Assembly: GCF_009914755.1 (NCBI RefSeq)
Contig: NC_060933.1
Direction: 5' to 3' (one strand)
Source of the DNA: the human T2T-CHM13v2.0 reference genome, Homo sapiens
Length of the DNA: 64,000 nucleotides
The notes below the pieces were generated by a model. It saw nothing but the letters and a program-made list of their open reading frames with translations. It ran no database searches and had not been told where the DNA came from. Positions 27,866-43,900 of this stretch are shown piece after piece; position 1 is the stretch's first letter; each line of letters starts with the position of its first letter. Position numbers and translations under genes: made by a program.

Positions 27866-30800
27866 CAATGGAATGGAGTGGAATGGAATGGAATGGAATG
27901 GAACAACCCGCATGGAATGGAATGTAATGGAGAGTAAGGGAGTTGAAAAGAATCAATCCGCATGGAATGGAATGGAATGGAACGGAATGGAATGGAATGG
28001 AATGGAATGGAATGGAATGGAATCAACCCGAGTACAATGGAATGGAATGGAATGGAATGGAATGGAAAGGAATGGAATCAACCCGAGTGCAATGGAATGG
28101 AGCAGAATGGAATGGAATGGAATGGAAACTACCCGAATGGAATGGAATGTAATGGAGTGTAAGGAAATTGAATAGAATCAATCCGAATGTAATGGAATGG
28201 AATGGAACGGAATGGAATTGAATGGAATGGAATGGAATGCAATGGAATGGAATCAACCCGAGTTCAATGGAATGGAGAGGAATGGCATGGAATGGAATGG
28301 AAACTACCCGAATGGAATGGAATGTAATGGAGTGTAAGGGAATTGAATAGAATCAATCCGAATGTAATGGAATGGAATGGAACGGAACGGAATGTAATGG
28401 AATGGAATGGAATGGAATGGAATGGAACGGAATGGAATGGAATGGAATGGAATGGATTGGAATGGAATGGAATGCAATGGAATGGAATCAACCCGAGTGC
28501 AATCGAATGGAATCGAATGGAAAAGAATGCAATGGAATGGATTCAACTTGAATGGAATGGAAAGAATGGAATCAACACGAGTGGAATGGCATGGATTGGA
28601 ATGGAATGGAATGGAATCAACCCGAGTACAGGGGAATGGAATGGAATTGAATGCAATGGAATGGAATCATCCGTAATGGAATGGAAAGGAATGGAATGGA
28701 ATGGAATGGAATGGAATGGAATGGAATCAACTCGATTGCAATCGAATGGAATGGAATGGAATTAACCCGAATAGAATGGAATGGAATGGAATGGAATGGA
28801 ACGGAAAGGAAGGGAATGGAATGGAATAGAATGGAATGGAATGGAATCAACGCGAGTGCAGGGGAATGGAATGGATTGGAATGCAATGGAATGGAATCTT
28901 CCGGAATGGAATGGAATGGAATGGAATGGAATGGAATGGAATCAACCCGAGTGCAATGGAATGGAGTGGAATGGAATGGAATGGAATGGAACAACCCGAA
29001 TGGAATGGAATGTAATGGAGAGTAACGGAGTTGAATAGAATCAATCCGAATGTAATGGAATGGAATGGAACGGAATGGAATTGAATGGAATGGAATGGAA
29101 TGCAATGGAATGGAATCAACCCGAGTGCAATGGAATGGACAGGAATGGAATGGAATGGAATGGAAACTACCCGAATGGAATGGAATATAATGGAGTGTAA
29201 GGGAATTGAATAGAATCAATCCGAATGGAATGGAATGGAATGGAATGGAATGGAATGGAATAGAATGGAATGGAATGCAATGGAATGGAATCAACCCGAG
29301 TGCAATCGAATGGAATCGAATGGAATGGAATGCAATGGAATGGATTCAACTTGAATGGAATGGAAAGAATGGAATCAACACGAGTGGAATGGCATGGATT
29401 GGAATAGAATGGAATGGAATCAACCCGAGTACAGGGGAATGGAATGGAATGGAATGCAATGGAATGGAATCATCCGTAATGGAATGGAAAGGAATGGAGT
29501 AGAATGGAATGGAATGGAATGGAATCAACTCGATTGCAATCGAATGGAATGGAATGGAATTAACCCGAATAGAATGGAATGGAATGGAATGGAACGGAAC
29601 GGAATGGAATGGAATGGAATGGAATGGAATGCAACGGAACGGAACGGAATGGAATGGAATGGAATGGAATGGAATGGAATGGAATGAAATCAACGCGAGT
29701 GCAGGGGAATGGAATGGAATGGAATGCAATGGAATGGAATCTTCCGGAATGGAATGGAATGGAATGGAATGGAATGGAATGGAATGGAATGGAATCAACC
29801 CGAGTGCAATGGAATGGAGTGGAATGGAATGTAATGGAATGGAACAACCCGAATGGAATGGAATGTAATGGAGAGTAAGGGAGTTGAATAGAATCAAACC
29901 GAATGGAATGGAATGGAATGGAACGGAATGGAATTGAATGGAATGGAATGGAATGCAATGGAATGGAATCAACCCGAGTGCAATAGAATGGAGAGGAATG
30001 GAATGGAATGGAATGGAAACTACCCGAATGGAATGGAATGTAATGGAGTGTAAGGGAATTGAATAGAATCAATCCGAATGTAATGGAATCGAATGGAACG
30101 GAATGGAATGGAATAGAATGGAATGGAATGGAATGCAATGGAATGGAATCAACCCGAGTGCAATCGAATGGAATCGAATGGAATGGAATACAATGGAATG
30201 GATTCAACTTGAATGGAATGGAAAGAATGGAATCAACACGAGTGGAATGTCATGGATTGGAATGGAATGGAATGGAATCAACCCGAGTACAGGGGAATGG
30301 AATGGAATGGAATGGAATGGTATGGAATGCAATGGAATGGTACGGAATAGAATGGAATGGAACGAATTGTAATGGAATGGAATTGAATGGAATGGAATGG
30401 AATGGAATGGAATCAACCCGAGTGCAGGGGAATGTAATGGAAAGGAATGCAATGGAATAGAATCATCCGGAATGGAATGGAATGGAATGGAATGGAATGG
30501 AATCAACCCGAGTGCAATGGAATGGAGTGAAATGGAATGGAATGGAATGGAGACAACCAGAATGGATTGGAATATAATGAGTGTAAGGGAATTGAATAGA
30601 ATCAATCTGAATGTAATGAAATGGAATGGAACGGAATGGAATGGAATGGAATGGAATGGAATGGAATGGAATGGAATGCAATGGAATGGAATCAACCCGA
30701 GTGCAATCGAATGGAATCGAATGGAATGGAATGCAATGGAATGGATTCAACTTGAATGGAATGGAAAGAATGGAATCAACACGAGTGGAATGGCATGGAT

Positions 30801-33800
30801 TGGAATGGAATGGAATGGAATCAACCCGAGTATAGGGGAATGGAATGGAATGGAATGCAATGGAATGGAATCATCAGTAATGGAATGGAAAGGAATAGAA
30901 TGGAATGGAATGGAATGTAATGGAATCAACTCGATTGCAATCGAATGGAATGGAATGGAATTAACCCGAATAGAATGGAATGGAATGGAATGGAACGGAA
31001 AGGAACGGAATGGAATGGAATGGAATGGAATGGAATGGAGTGGAACGGAAAGGAAGGGAATGGAATGGAATAGAATGGAATGCAATGGAATCAACGCGAG
31101 TGCAGGGGAATGGAATGGAATGGAATGCAATGGAATGGAAACTTCCGGAATGGAATGGAATGGAATGGAATGGAATGGAATGGAATGGAATCAACCCGAG
31201 TGCAATGGAATAGAGTGGAATGGAATGGAATGGAATGGAACAACCCGAATGGAATGGAATGTAATGGAGAGTAAGGGAGTTGAATAGAATCAATCCGAAT
31301 GTAATGGAATGGAATGGAACGGAATGGAATTGAATGGAATGGAATGGAATGCAATGGAATGGAATCAACCCGAGTGCAATGGAATGGAGAGGAATGGAAT
31401 GGAATGGAATGGAAACTACCCGAATGGAATGGAATGGAATGGAGTGTAAGGGAATTGAATAGAATCAATCCGAATGTAATGGAATGGAATGGAACGGAAT
31501 GGAATGGAATGGAATGGAATGCAATGGAATGGAATCAAGCCGAGTGCAATCGAATGGAATCGAATGGAATGGAATGCAATGGAATGGATTCAAATTGAAT
31601 GCAATGGAAAGAATGGAATCAACACGAGTGGAATGGCATGGATTGGAATGGAATGGAATGGAATCAACCCGAGTACAGGGGAATGGAATAGAATGGAATG
31701 CAATGGAATGGAATCATCCGTAATGGAATGGAAAGGAATGGAATGGAATGGAATGGAATGGAATGGAATCAACTCGATTGCAATCGAATGGAATGGAATG
31801 GAATTAACCCGAATAGAATGGAATGGAATGGAATGGAGCGGAACGGAATGGAATGGAATGGAATGGAACGGAAAGGAAGGGAATGGAATGGAATAGAATG
31901 GAATGGAATGGAATCAACGCGAGTGCAGGGGAATGGAATGGAATGGAATGCAATGGAATGCAATCTTCCGGAATGGAATGGAATGGAATGGAATGGAATG
32001 GAATGGAATCAACCCGAGTGCAATGGAATGGAGTGGAATGGAATGGAATGGAATGGAACAACCCGAATGGAATGGAATGTAATGGAGAGTAAGGGAGTTG
32101 AAAAGAATCAATCCGAATGTAATGGAATGGAATGGAACGGAACGGAATGGAATGGAATGGAATGGAATGGAATGGAATGGAATGCAATGGAATGGAATCT
32201 ACCCGAGTACAATGGAATGGAATGGAATGGAATGGAATGGAATGGAATGGAATGGAATGGAATGGAATCAACCCAAGCGCAATGGAATGGAGTGGAATGG
32301 AATGGAATGGAATGGAACAACCCGAATGGAATGTAATGTAATGGAGAGTAAGGGAGATGAACAGAATCAATCCGAATGTAATGGAATGGAACGGAATGGA
32401 TTGGAATGGAATGGAATGCAATGGAATGGAATGCAATGGAATGGAATCAACCCGAGTACAATGAAACGGAATGTAATGTAATGTAATGTAATGGAATGGA
32501 ATGGAATGGAATGGAATGGAATGGAATCAACCCGAGTGCAATGGAATGGAGAGGAATGGAATGGAATGGAATGGAAACTACCCGAATGGAATGGAATGTA
32601 ATGGAGTGTAAGGGAATTGAATAGAATCAATCCGAATGGAATGGAATGGAATGGAACGGAATGTAATGTAATGGAATGGAATGGAATTAACCCGAGTGCA
32701 GGGGAATGGAATGGAATGGAATGCAACGGAATGGAATCATCCGGAATGGAATGGAATGGAATGCAATGGAATGGAATGGAATGGAATCAACCCGAGTGCA
32801 ATGGAATGGGAGTGAAATGGAATGGAATGGAATGGAGACAACCAGAATGGATTGGAATATAATGGAGTGTAAGGGAATTGAATAGAATCAATCTGAATGT
32901 AATGAAATGGAATGGAAAGGAATGGAATGGAATGGAATGGAATGGAATTGAATGGAATGGACTGGAATGCAATGGAATGGAATCAACCCGAGTGCAATGG
33001 AATGGAGAGCAATGGAATGGAATGGAATGGAAACTACCCGAATGGAATGGAATGTAATGGAGTGTAAGGGAATTGTATAGAATCAATCCGAATGTAAGGG
33101 AATGGAATGGAACGGAATGGAATGGAATGGAATGGAATGGAATGGAATGGAATGGAATGCAATGGAATGGAATCAACCCGAGTGCAATCGAATGGAATCG
33201 AATGGAATGGAATGCAATGGAATGGATTCAAATTGAATGCAATGGAAAGAATGGAATCAACACGAGTGGAATGGCATGGAATGGAATGGAATGGAATGGA
33301 ATCAACCCGAGTACAGGGGAATGGAATGGAATGGAATGCAATGGAATGGAATCATCCGTAATGGAATGGAAAGGAATGGAATGGAATGGAATGGAATGGA
33401 ATGGAATGGAATCAACTCGATTGCAATCGAATGGAATGGAATGGAATTAACACGAATAGAATGGAATGGAATGGAATGGAGCGGAACGGAATGGAATGGA
33501 ATGGAATGGAACGGAAAGGAAGGGAATGGAATGGAATAGAATGGAATGGAATGGAATCAACGCGAGTGCAGGGGAATGGAATGGAATGGAATGCAATGGA
33601 ATGCAATCTTCCGGAATGGAATGGAATGGAATGGAATGGAATGGAATGGAATGGAATCAACCCGAGTGCAATGGAATGGAGTGGAATGGAATGGAATGGA
33701 ATGGAATGGAATTGAATGGAATGCAATGGAATGGAATCAACCCGAGTACAATGGAACGGAATGGAATGGAATGGAATGGAATGGATTGGAATGGAATGGA

Positions 33801-34914
33801 ATGGAATCGTTCTGAGTGGAATAGGAGGGAATGTATTCGAGTGGAATGGAAAGGAATGGAATCAACCAGAGTGGAATGGAAGGGAATGGAATGGATTGGA
33901 AACTAATAGAATGGAATCAACCTTAGTGGAATGGAATGGAAAGGACTGGAATGGAAAGGAATGCAATGGAATGGAATGGAATGGAATGGAATGGAATGGA
34001 ATGGAATGGAATGGAATCAACGCGAGTGCAGGGGAATGGAATGGAATCGAATGGAATAGAATGGAATGGAATGGAATCAACCCGAGTGCAGGGGAATGTA
34101 ATGGAACGGAATGCAATGGAATGGAATCATCCGGAATGGAATGGAATGGAATGGAATGGAATCAACCCGAGTGCAATCGAATGGAATCGCATGGAATGGA
34201 ATCCAATGGAATGGATTCAACTTGAATGGAATGGAAAGAATGGAATCAACACGAGTGGAAGGGCATGGATTGGAATGCAATGGAATGGAATCAACCCGAG
34301 TACAGGGGAATGGAATGGAATGGAATGCAATGGAATTTAATCATCCGTAATGGAATGGAAAGCAATGGAATGGAATGGAATGGAATGGAATGGAATCAAC
34401 ACGATTGCAATCGAATGGAATGGAATGGAATTAACCCGAATAGAATGGAATGGAATGGAATGGAATGGAACGGAATGGAATGGAATGGAATGGAACGGAA
34501 CGGAATGAAATGGAATGGAATGGAATGGAATGGAATGGAATCAACGCGAGTGTAGGGGAATGGAATGGAATGGAATGCAATGGAATGGAATCTTCCGGAA
34601 TGGAATGGAATGGAATGGAATGGAATGAAATGCAATGGATTCAACTTGATTGCAATGGAATGTAATAGAATGGAATGGAATGGAATTAACCCGAATAGAA
34701 TGGAATGGAATGGAATGGAATGGAATGGAACGGAATGGAATGCAATGGAATGGAATGGAATGGAATGGAATGGTATGGAATGGAATGGAATGGTACGGAA
34801 TAGAATGGAATGGAACGAATTGTAATGGAATGGAATTGAATGGAATGGAATGGAATGGAATGGAATCAACGCGAGTGCAGGGGAATGTAATGGAACGGAA
34901 TGCAATGGAATGGA

Positions 34915-37900
34915 ATCATCCAGAATGGAATGGAATGGAATGGAATGGAATGGAATCAACCCGAGTGCATTGGAATGGAGTGGAATGGAATGGAATGGAA
35001 TGGAACAACCCGAATGGAATGGAATGTAATGGAGAGTAAGGGAGTTGAATAGAATCAATCCGAATGTAATGGAATGGAATGCAACGGAATGGAATGGAAT
35101 GGAATGCAATGGAATGCAATCAACCCGAGTACAATGGAATGGAATGGAATGGAATGGAATGGAATGGAATGGAATGGAATGCCTTCAAACCGAATGGAAT
35201 GGAAAGGAAAGGAATCAACACGAATGGAATGGAATGGAATGGAATGGAATGGAATGGAATGGAATGGAATGATACGGAATAGAATGGAATGGAACGAAAT
35301 GGAATGGAATGGAATGGAATGGAATGGAATCGTTCCGAGTGGAATAGGAGGGAATGTATTCGAGTGGAATGGAAAGGAATGGAATCAACCAGAGTGGAAT
35401 GGAAGGGAATGGAATGGAATGGAAACTAATAGAATGGAATCAACCAGAGTGGAATGGAATGGAAAGGACTGGAATGGAATGGAATGGAATGGAATCAACT
35501 CGATTGTAATGGAATGGAATGGAATGGAATGGAATTAATCCGAATACAATGGAATGGAATGGAATGGAACGGAATGGAGTGGAATGGAATGGAATCAACC
35601 AGAGTGCAGGGGAATGGAATGGAATGGAATTCCATGGAATGGAATCATCCGGAATGGAATGGAATGGAATGAAATGCAAAGCAATGGAATCAACTCGATT
35701 GCAATGGAATGGAATGGAATGGAAAGGAATACATTGGAATCAACCCGAGTGGAATGAAATGGAAAGGACTGGAATGGAGTGGAATGGAATGGAATGGAAT
35801 GGAATGGAATGGAATGGAATGGAATCAACTCGATTGGAATGGAATGGAATGGAATGGAATGGAATGGAATGGAATGGAATTAACCCGAATAGAATGGAAT
35901 GGAATGGAATAGAACGGAACGGAACGGAATGGAATGGAATGGAATGGAATGGAATGGAATGGAATGGAATCAACCCGACTGCAGGGGAATGGAATGGAAT
36001 GGAATGCAATGGAATAGATTCAACTTGAATGGAATGGAAAGAATGGAATCAACACGAGTGGAATGGCATGGATTGGAATGGAATGGAAAGGAATGAACCC
36101 GAGTACAGGGGAATGGAATGGAATGGAATGCAATGGAATGGAATCATCCGTAATGGAATGGAAAGGAATGGAATGGAATGGAATGGAATGGAATGGAATG
36201 GAATGGAATCAACTCGATTGCAATCGAATGGATTGGAATGGAATTAACCCGAATAGAATGGAATGGAATGGAATGGAATGGAATGGAAAGGAATGGAATG
36301 GAATGGAATGGAATGGAATGGAATGGAATGGAATGGAATCAACGCGAGTGCAGGGGAATGGAATGCAATGGAATGGAATCTTCCGGAATGCAATGGAATG
36401 GAATGGAATGGAATGGAATGGAATGCAATGGATTCAACTCGATTGCAATGGAATGGAATAGAATGGAATGGAATGGAATGGAATGGAATGGAATTAAACC
36501 GAATAGAATGGAATGGAATGGAATGGAACGGAACAGAACGGAACGGAACGGAACTGAGTGGAATGGAATGGAATGAAATTGTATGGAATGGAATGGAATG
36601 GTACGGAATAGAATGGAATGGAAAGAATTGGAATGGAATGGAATCGAATGGAATGGAATGGAATGGAATGGAATCCACCCGAGTGCAGGGGAATGTAATG
36701 GAACGGAATGCAATGGAATGGAATCATCCGAAATGGAATGGAATGGAATGGAATGGAATGGAATGGAATGGAATGGAATCAACCTGAGCGCAATGGAATG
36801 GAGTGGAATGGAATGGAATGGAATGGAACAACCCGAATGGAATGGAATGTAATGGAGAGTAAGGGAGTTGAATAGAATCAATCCGAATGTAATGGAATGG
36901 AACGGAATGGAATGGAGTGGAATGGAATGGAATGGAATGGAATGGAATGGAATGGAATGGAATGCAATGGAATGGAATCAACCCGAGTACAATGGAACGG
37001 AATGGAATGGAATGGAATGGAATGGAATGGAATGGAATGGAATCAACCCGAGTGCAATGGAATGGAGAGGAATGGAATGGAATGGTAAGGAAACTACCCG
37101 AATGGAATGGAATGTAATGGAGTGTAAGGGAATTGAATAGAATCAATCCGAATGCAATGGAATGGAATGGAACGGAATGTAATGGAATGGAATGGAATGG
37201 AATCAACCCGAGTGCAGGGGAATGGAATGGAATGGAATGCAATGGAATGGAATCATCCGGTATGGAATGGAATGGAATGCAATGGAATGGAATGGAATCA
37301 ACCCGAGTGCAATGGAATGGAGTGAAATGGAATGAAATGGAATGGAGACAACCAGAATGGATTGGAATATAATGGAGTGTAAGGGAATTGAATAGAATCA
37401 ATCTGAATGTTATGAAATGGAATGGAACGGAATGGAATGGAATGGAATGAAATGGAATGGAATGCAATTGAATGGAATCAACCCGAGTGCAATCGAATGG
37501 AATCGAATGGAATGGAATGCAATGGAATGGATTCAACTTGAATGGAGTGGAAAGAATGGAATCAACACGAGTGGAATGGCATGGATTGGAATGGAATGGA
37601 ATGGAATCAACCTGAGTATTGGGGAAAGGAATGGAATGGAATGCAATGGAATGGAATCATCCGTAATGGAATGGAAAGGAATGGAATGGAATGGAATGGA
37701 ATGGAATGGAATGGAATGGAATGGAATCAACTCGATTGCAATCGAATGGAATGGAATGGAATTAACCCGAATAGAATGGAATGGAACGGAATGGAACGGA
37801 ACGGAATGGAACGGAATGGAATGGAATGGAATGGAATGGAATGGAACGGAAAGGAAGGGAATGGAATGGAATAGAATGGAATGGAATGGAATCAACGCGA

Positions 37901-40900
37901 GTGCAGGGGAATGGAATGGAATGGAATGCAATGGAATGGAATCTTCCGGAATGGAATGGAATGGAATGGAATGGAATCAACCCGAGTGCAATGGAATGGA
38001 GTGGAATGGAATGGAATGGAATGGAACAACCCGAATGGAATGGAATGTAATGGAGAGTAAGGGAGTTGAATAGAATCAATCCGAATGTAATGGAATGGAA
38101 TGGAACGGAATGGAATTGAATGGAATGGAATGGAATGCAATGGAATGGAATCAACCCGAGTGCAATGGAATGGAGAGGAATGGAATGGAATGGAATGGAA
38201 ACTAACCGAATGGAATGGAATGTAATGGAGTGTAAGGGAATTGAATAGAATCAATCCGAATGTAATGGAATGGAATGGAACGGAATGGAATGGAATGGAA
38301 TGGAATGGAATGGAATGGAATGGAATGCAATGGAATGGAATCAACCCGAGTGCAATCGAATGGAATCGAATGGAATGGAATGCAATGGAATGGATTCAAC
38401 TTGAATGGAATGGAAAGAATGGAATCAACACGAGTGGAATGGCATGGCTTGGAATGGAATGGAATGGAATCAACCCGAGTACAGGGGAATGGAATGGAAT
38501 GGAATGCAATGGAATGGAATCATCCGTAATGGAATGGAAAGGAATGGAATGGAATGGAATGGAATGGAATGGAATGGAATGGAATGGAATGGAATCAACT
38601 CGATTGCAATCGAATGGAAAGGAATTGAATTAACCCGAATAGAATGGAATGGAATGGAATGGAACGGAACGGAATGGAATGGAATGGAATGGAATGGAAC
38701 GGAATGGAATGGAACGGAACGGAACGGAATGGAATGGAATGGAATGGAATGGAATGGAATCAACGCGAGTGCAGGGGAATGGAATGGAATGGAATGCAAT
38801 GGAATGGAATCTTCCGGAATGGAATGGAATGGAATGGAATGGAATGGAATGGAATGGAATCAACCCGAGTGCAATGGAATGGAGTGGAATGGAATGGAAT
38901 GGAATGGAACAACCCGAATGGAATGGAATGTAATGGAGAGTAAGGGAGTTGAATAGAATCAATCCGAATGTAATGGAATGCAATGCAACGGAATGGAATG
39001 GAATGGAATGGAATGGAATGCAATGGAATTGAATCAACCCGAGTACAATGGAATGGAATGGAATGGAATGGAATGGAATGGAATGGAATGGAATGGAATG
39101 ATACGGAATAGAATGGAATGGAACGAAATGGAATGGAATGGAATGGAATGGAATGGAATGGAATGGAATGGAATGGAATGGAATGGAATCGTTCCGAGTG
39201 GAATAGGAGGGAATGTATTCGAGTGGAATGGAAAGGAATGGAATCAACCAGAGTGGAATGGAAGGGAATGGAATGGAATGGAAACTAATAGAATGGAATC
39301 ACCCCGAGAGGAATGGAATGGAAAGGACTGGAATGGATTGGAATCAACTCGATTTTAATGGAATGGAATGGAATGGAATGGAATGGAATGGAATGGAATG
39401 GAATTAACCCGAATACAATGCAATGGAATGGAATGGAAAGGAATGGAGTGGAATGGAATGGAATGGAATGGAATGGAATCAACTCGATTGCAATCGAATG
39501 GAATGGAATGGAATTAACCCGAATAGAATGGAATGGAATGGAATGGAACGGAACGGAACGGAACGGAATGGAATGGAATGGAATGGAATGGAATGGAACG
39601 GAAAGGAATGGAATGGAATGGAATGGAATGGAATGGAATGGAATCAACGCGAGTGCAGGGGAATGGAATGGAATGGAATGCAATGGAATGGAATCTTCCG
39701 GAATGGAATGGAATGGAATGGAATGGAATGGAATGGAATAAACCCGAGTGCAATGGAATGGAGTGGAATGAAATGGAATGGAATGGAACAACCCGAATGG
39801 AATGGAATGTAATGGAGAGTAAGGGAGTTGAATAGAATGAATCCGAATGTAATGGAATGGAATGGAACGGAATGGAATTGAATGGAATGGAATGGAATGG
39901 AATGGAATCAACACGATTGCAATCGAATGGAATGGAATGGAATTAACCCGAATAGAATGGAATGGAATGGAATGGAACGGAATGGAATGGAATGGAATGG
40001 AATGGAATGGAATGGAATGGAATGGAATGGAATCAACCCGACTGCAGGGGAATGGAATGGAATGGAATGGAATGGAATGGAATCATCCGTAACGGAATGG
40101 AATGGAATGGAATGGAATCAAATCGATTGCAATGGAATGGAATGGAATGGAATGGAATCGAATGGAATGGAATGGAATTAACCGGAATAGAATGGAATGG
40201 AATAGAATGGAACGGAACGGAATGGAATGGAATGGAATGGATGGAATGGAGTGGAATGGAATGGAATGGAATCAACCCGAGTGCAGGGGAATGGAAAGGA
40301 ATGGCATGCAATGGAATGGAATCATCCAGAATGGAATGGAATGGAATGGAATGGAATGGAATAAACCCGAGTGCATTGGAATGGAGTGGAATGGAATGGA
40401 ATGGAATGGAACAACCCGAATGGAATGGAATGTAATGGAGAGTAAGGGAGTTGAATAGAATCAATCCGAATGTAATGGAATGGAATGCAACGGAATGGAA
40501 TGGAATGGAATGCAATGGAATGCAATCAACCCGAGTACAATGGAATGGAATGGAATGGAATGGAATGGAATGGAATGGAATGCCTTCAAACCGAATGGAA
40601 TGGAAAGGAAAGGAATCAACACGAATGGAATGGAATGGAATGGAATGGAATGGAATGGAATGGAATGGAATGATACGGAATAGAATGGAATGGAACGAAA
40701 TGGAATGGAATGGAATGGAATGGAATGGAATCGTTCCGAGTGGAATAGGAGGGAATGTATTCGAGTGGAATGGAAAGGAATGGAATCAACCAGAGTGGAA
40801 TGGAAGGGAATGGAATGGAATGGAAACTAATAGAATGGAATCAACCAGAGTGGAATGGAATGGAAAGGACTGGAATGGAATGGAATGGAATGGAATCAAC

Positions 40901-43900
40901 TCGATTGTAATGGAATGGAATGGAATGGAATGGAATGGAATGGAATTAACCCGAATACAATGGAATGGAATGGAATGGAACGGAATGGAGTGGAATGGAA
41001 TGGAATCAACCAGAGTGCAGGGGAATGGAATGGAATGGAATTCCATGGAATGGAATCATCCGGAATGGAATGGAATGGAATGAAATGCAAAGCAATGGAA
41101 TCAACTCGATTGCAATGGAATGGAATGGAATGGAAAGGAATACATTGGAATCAACCCGAGTGGAATGAAATGGAAAGGACTGGAATGGAGTGGAATGGAA
41201 TGGAATGGAATGGAATGGAAAGGAATGGAATGGAATGGAATCAACTCGATTGGAATGGAATGGAATGGAATGGAATGGAATGGAATGGAATGGAATGGAA
41301 TTAACCCGAATAGAATGGAATGGAATGGAATAGAACGGAACGGAACGGAATGGAATGGAATGGAATGGAATGGAATGGAATGGAATGGAATCAACCCGAC
41401 TGCAGGGGAATGGAACGGAATGGAATGCAATGGAATAGATTCAACTTGAATGGAATGGAAAGAATGGAATCAACACGAGTGGAATGGCATGGATTGGAAT
41501 GGAATGGAAAGGAATGAACCCGAGTACAGGGGAATGGAATGGAATGGAATGCAATGGAATGGAATCATCCGTAATGGAATGGAAAGGAATGGAATGGAAT
41601 GGAATGGAATGGAATGGAATCAACTCGATTGCAATCGAATGGATTGGAATGGAATTAACCCGAATAGAATGGAATGGAATGGAATGGAATGGAATGGAAA
41701 GGAATGGAATGGAATGGAATGGAATGGAATGGAATGGAATGGAATGGAATGGAATCAACGCGAGTGCAGGGGAATGGAATGCAATGGAATGGAATCTTCG
41801 GGAATGCAATGGAATGGAATGGAATGGAATGGAATGGAATGCAATGGATTCAACTCGATTGCAATGGAATGGAATAGAATGGAATGGAATGGAATGGAAT
41901 GGAATGGAATTAAACCGAATAGAATGGAATGGAATGGAATGGAACGGAACAGAACGGAACGGAACGGAACTGAGTGGAATGGAATGGAATGAAATTGTAT
42001 GGAATGGAATGGAATGGTACGGAATAGAATGGAATGGAAAGAATTGGAATGGAATGGAATCGAATGGAATGGAATGGAATGGAATGGAATCTACCCGAGT
42101 GCAGGGGAATGTAATGGAACGGAATGCAATGGAATGGAATCATCCGAAATGGAATGGAATGGAATGGAATGGAATGGAATGGAATGGAATGGAATGGAAT
42201 CAACCTGAGCGCAATGGAATGGAGTGGAATGGAATGGAATGGAATGGAACAACCCGAATGGAATGGAATGTAATGGAGAGTAAGGGAGTTGAATAGAATC
42301 AATCCGAATGTAATGGAATGGAACGGAATGGAATGGAGTGGAATGGAATGGAATGGAATGGAATGGAATGGAATGGAATGCAATGGAATGGAATCAACCC
42401 GAGTACAATGGAACGGAATGGAATGGAATGGAATGGAATGGAATGGAATGGAATGGAATGGAATCAACCCGAGTGCAATGGAATGGAGAGGAATGGAATG
42501 GAATGGTAAGGAAACTACCCGAATGGAATGGAATGTAATGGAGTGTAAGGGAATTGAATAGAATCAATCCGAATGCAATGGAATGGAATGGAACGGAATG
42601 TAATGGAATGGAATGGAATGGAATCAACCCGAGTGCAGGGGAATGGAATGGAATGGAATGCAATGGAATGGAATCATCCGGTATGGAATGGAATGGAATG
42701 CAATGGAATGGAATGGAATCAACCCGAGTGCAATGGAATGGAGTGAAATGGAATGGAATGGAATGGAGACAACCAGAATGGATTGGAATATAATGGAGTG
42801 TAAGGGAATTGAATAGAATCAATCTGAATGTTATGAAATGGAATGGAACGGAATGGAATGGAATGGAATGGAATGGAATGGAATGCAATTGAATGGAATC
42901 AACCCGAGTGCAATCGAATGGAATCGAATGGAATGGAATGCAATGGAATGGATTCAACTTGAATGGAGTGGAAAGAATGGAATCAACACGAGTGGAATGG
43001 CATGGATTGGAATGGAATGGAATGGAATCAACCTGAGTATTGGGGAAAGGAATGGAATGGAATGCAATGGAATGGAATCATCCGTAATGGAATGGAAAGG
43101 AATGGAATGGAATGGAATGGAATGGAATGGAATGGAATGGAATGGAATCAACTCGATTGCAATCGAATGGAATGGAATGGAATTAACCCGAATAGAATGG
43201 AATGGAACGGAATGGAACGGAACGGAATGGAATGGAATGGAATGGAATGGAATGGAATGGAATGGAACGGAAAGGAAGGGAATGGAATGGAATAGAATGG
43301 AATGGAATGGAATCAACGCGAGTGCAGGGGAATGGAATGGAATGGAATGCAATGGAATGGAATCTTCCGGAATGGAATGGAATGGAATGGAATGGAATCA
43401 ACCCGAGTGCAATGGAATGGAGTGGAATGGAATGGAATGGAATGGAACAACCCGAATGGAATGGAATGTAATGGAGAGTAAGGGAGTTGAATAGAATCAA
43501 TCCGAATGTAATGGAATGGAATGGAACGGAATGGAATTGAATGGAATGGAATGGAATGCAATGGAATGGAATCAACCCGAGTGCAATGGAATGGAGAGGA
43601 ATGGAATGGAATGGAATGGAAACTACCCGAATGGAATGGAATGTAATGGAGTGTAAGGGAATTGAATAGAATCAATCCGAATGTAATGGAATGGAATGGA
43701 ACGGAATGGAATGGAATGGAATGGAATGGAATGGAATGGAATGGAATGCAATGGAATGGAATCAACCCGAGTGCAATCGAAAGGAATCGAATGGAATGGA
43801 ATGCAATGGAATGGATTCAACTTGAATGGAATGGAAAGAATGGAATCAACACGAGTGGAATGGCATGGCTTGGAATGGAATGGAATGGAATCAACCCGAG

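Noticed and set aside
30918-30928. TAATGGAATCA resembling a DUX4-type motif (also ~47688)
   Set aside because: Only sporadic copies, each one substitution from the background repeat; expected by chance.
33808-35331. Marker spacing of exactly 1523 bp, the same as 437-1960
   Set aside because: Module content between the markers differs and no private variants are shared. Treated as coincidence given the 5-bp quantisation.
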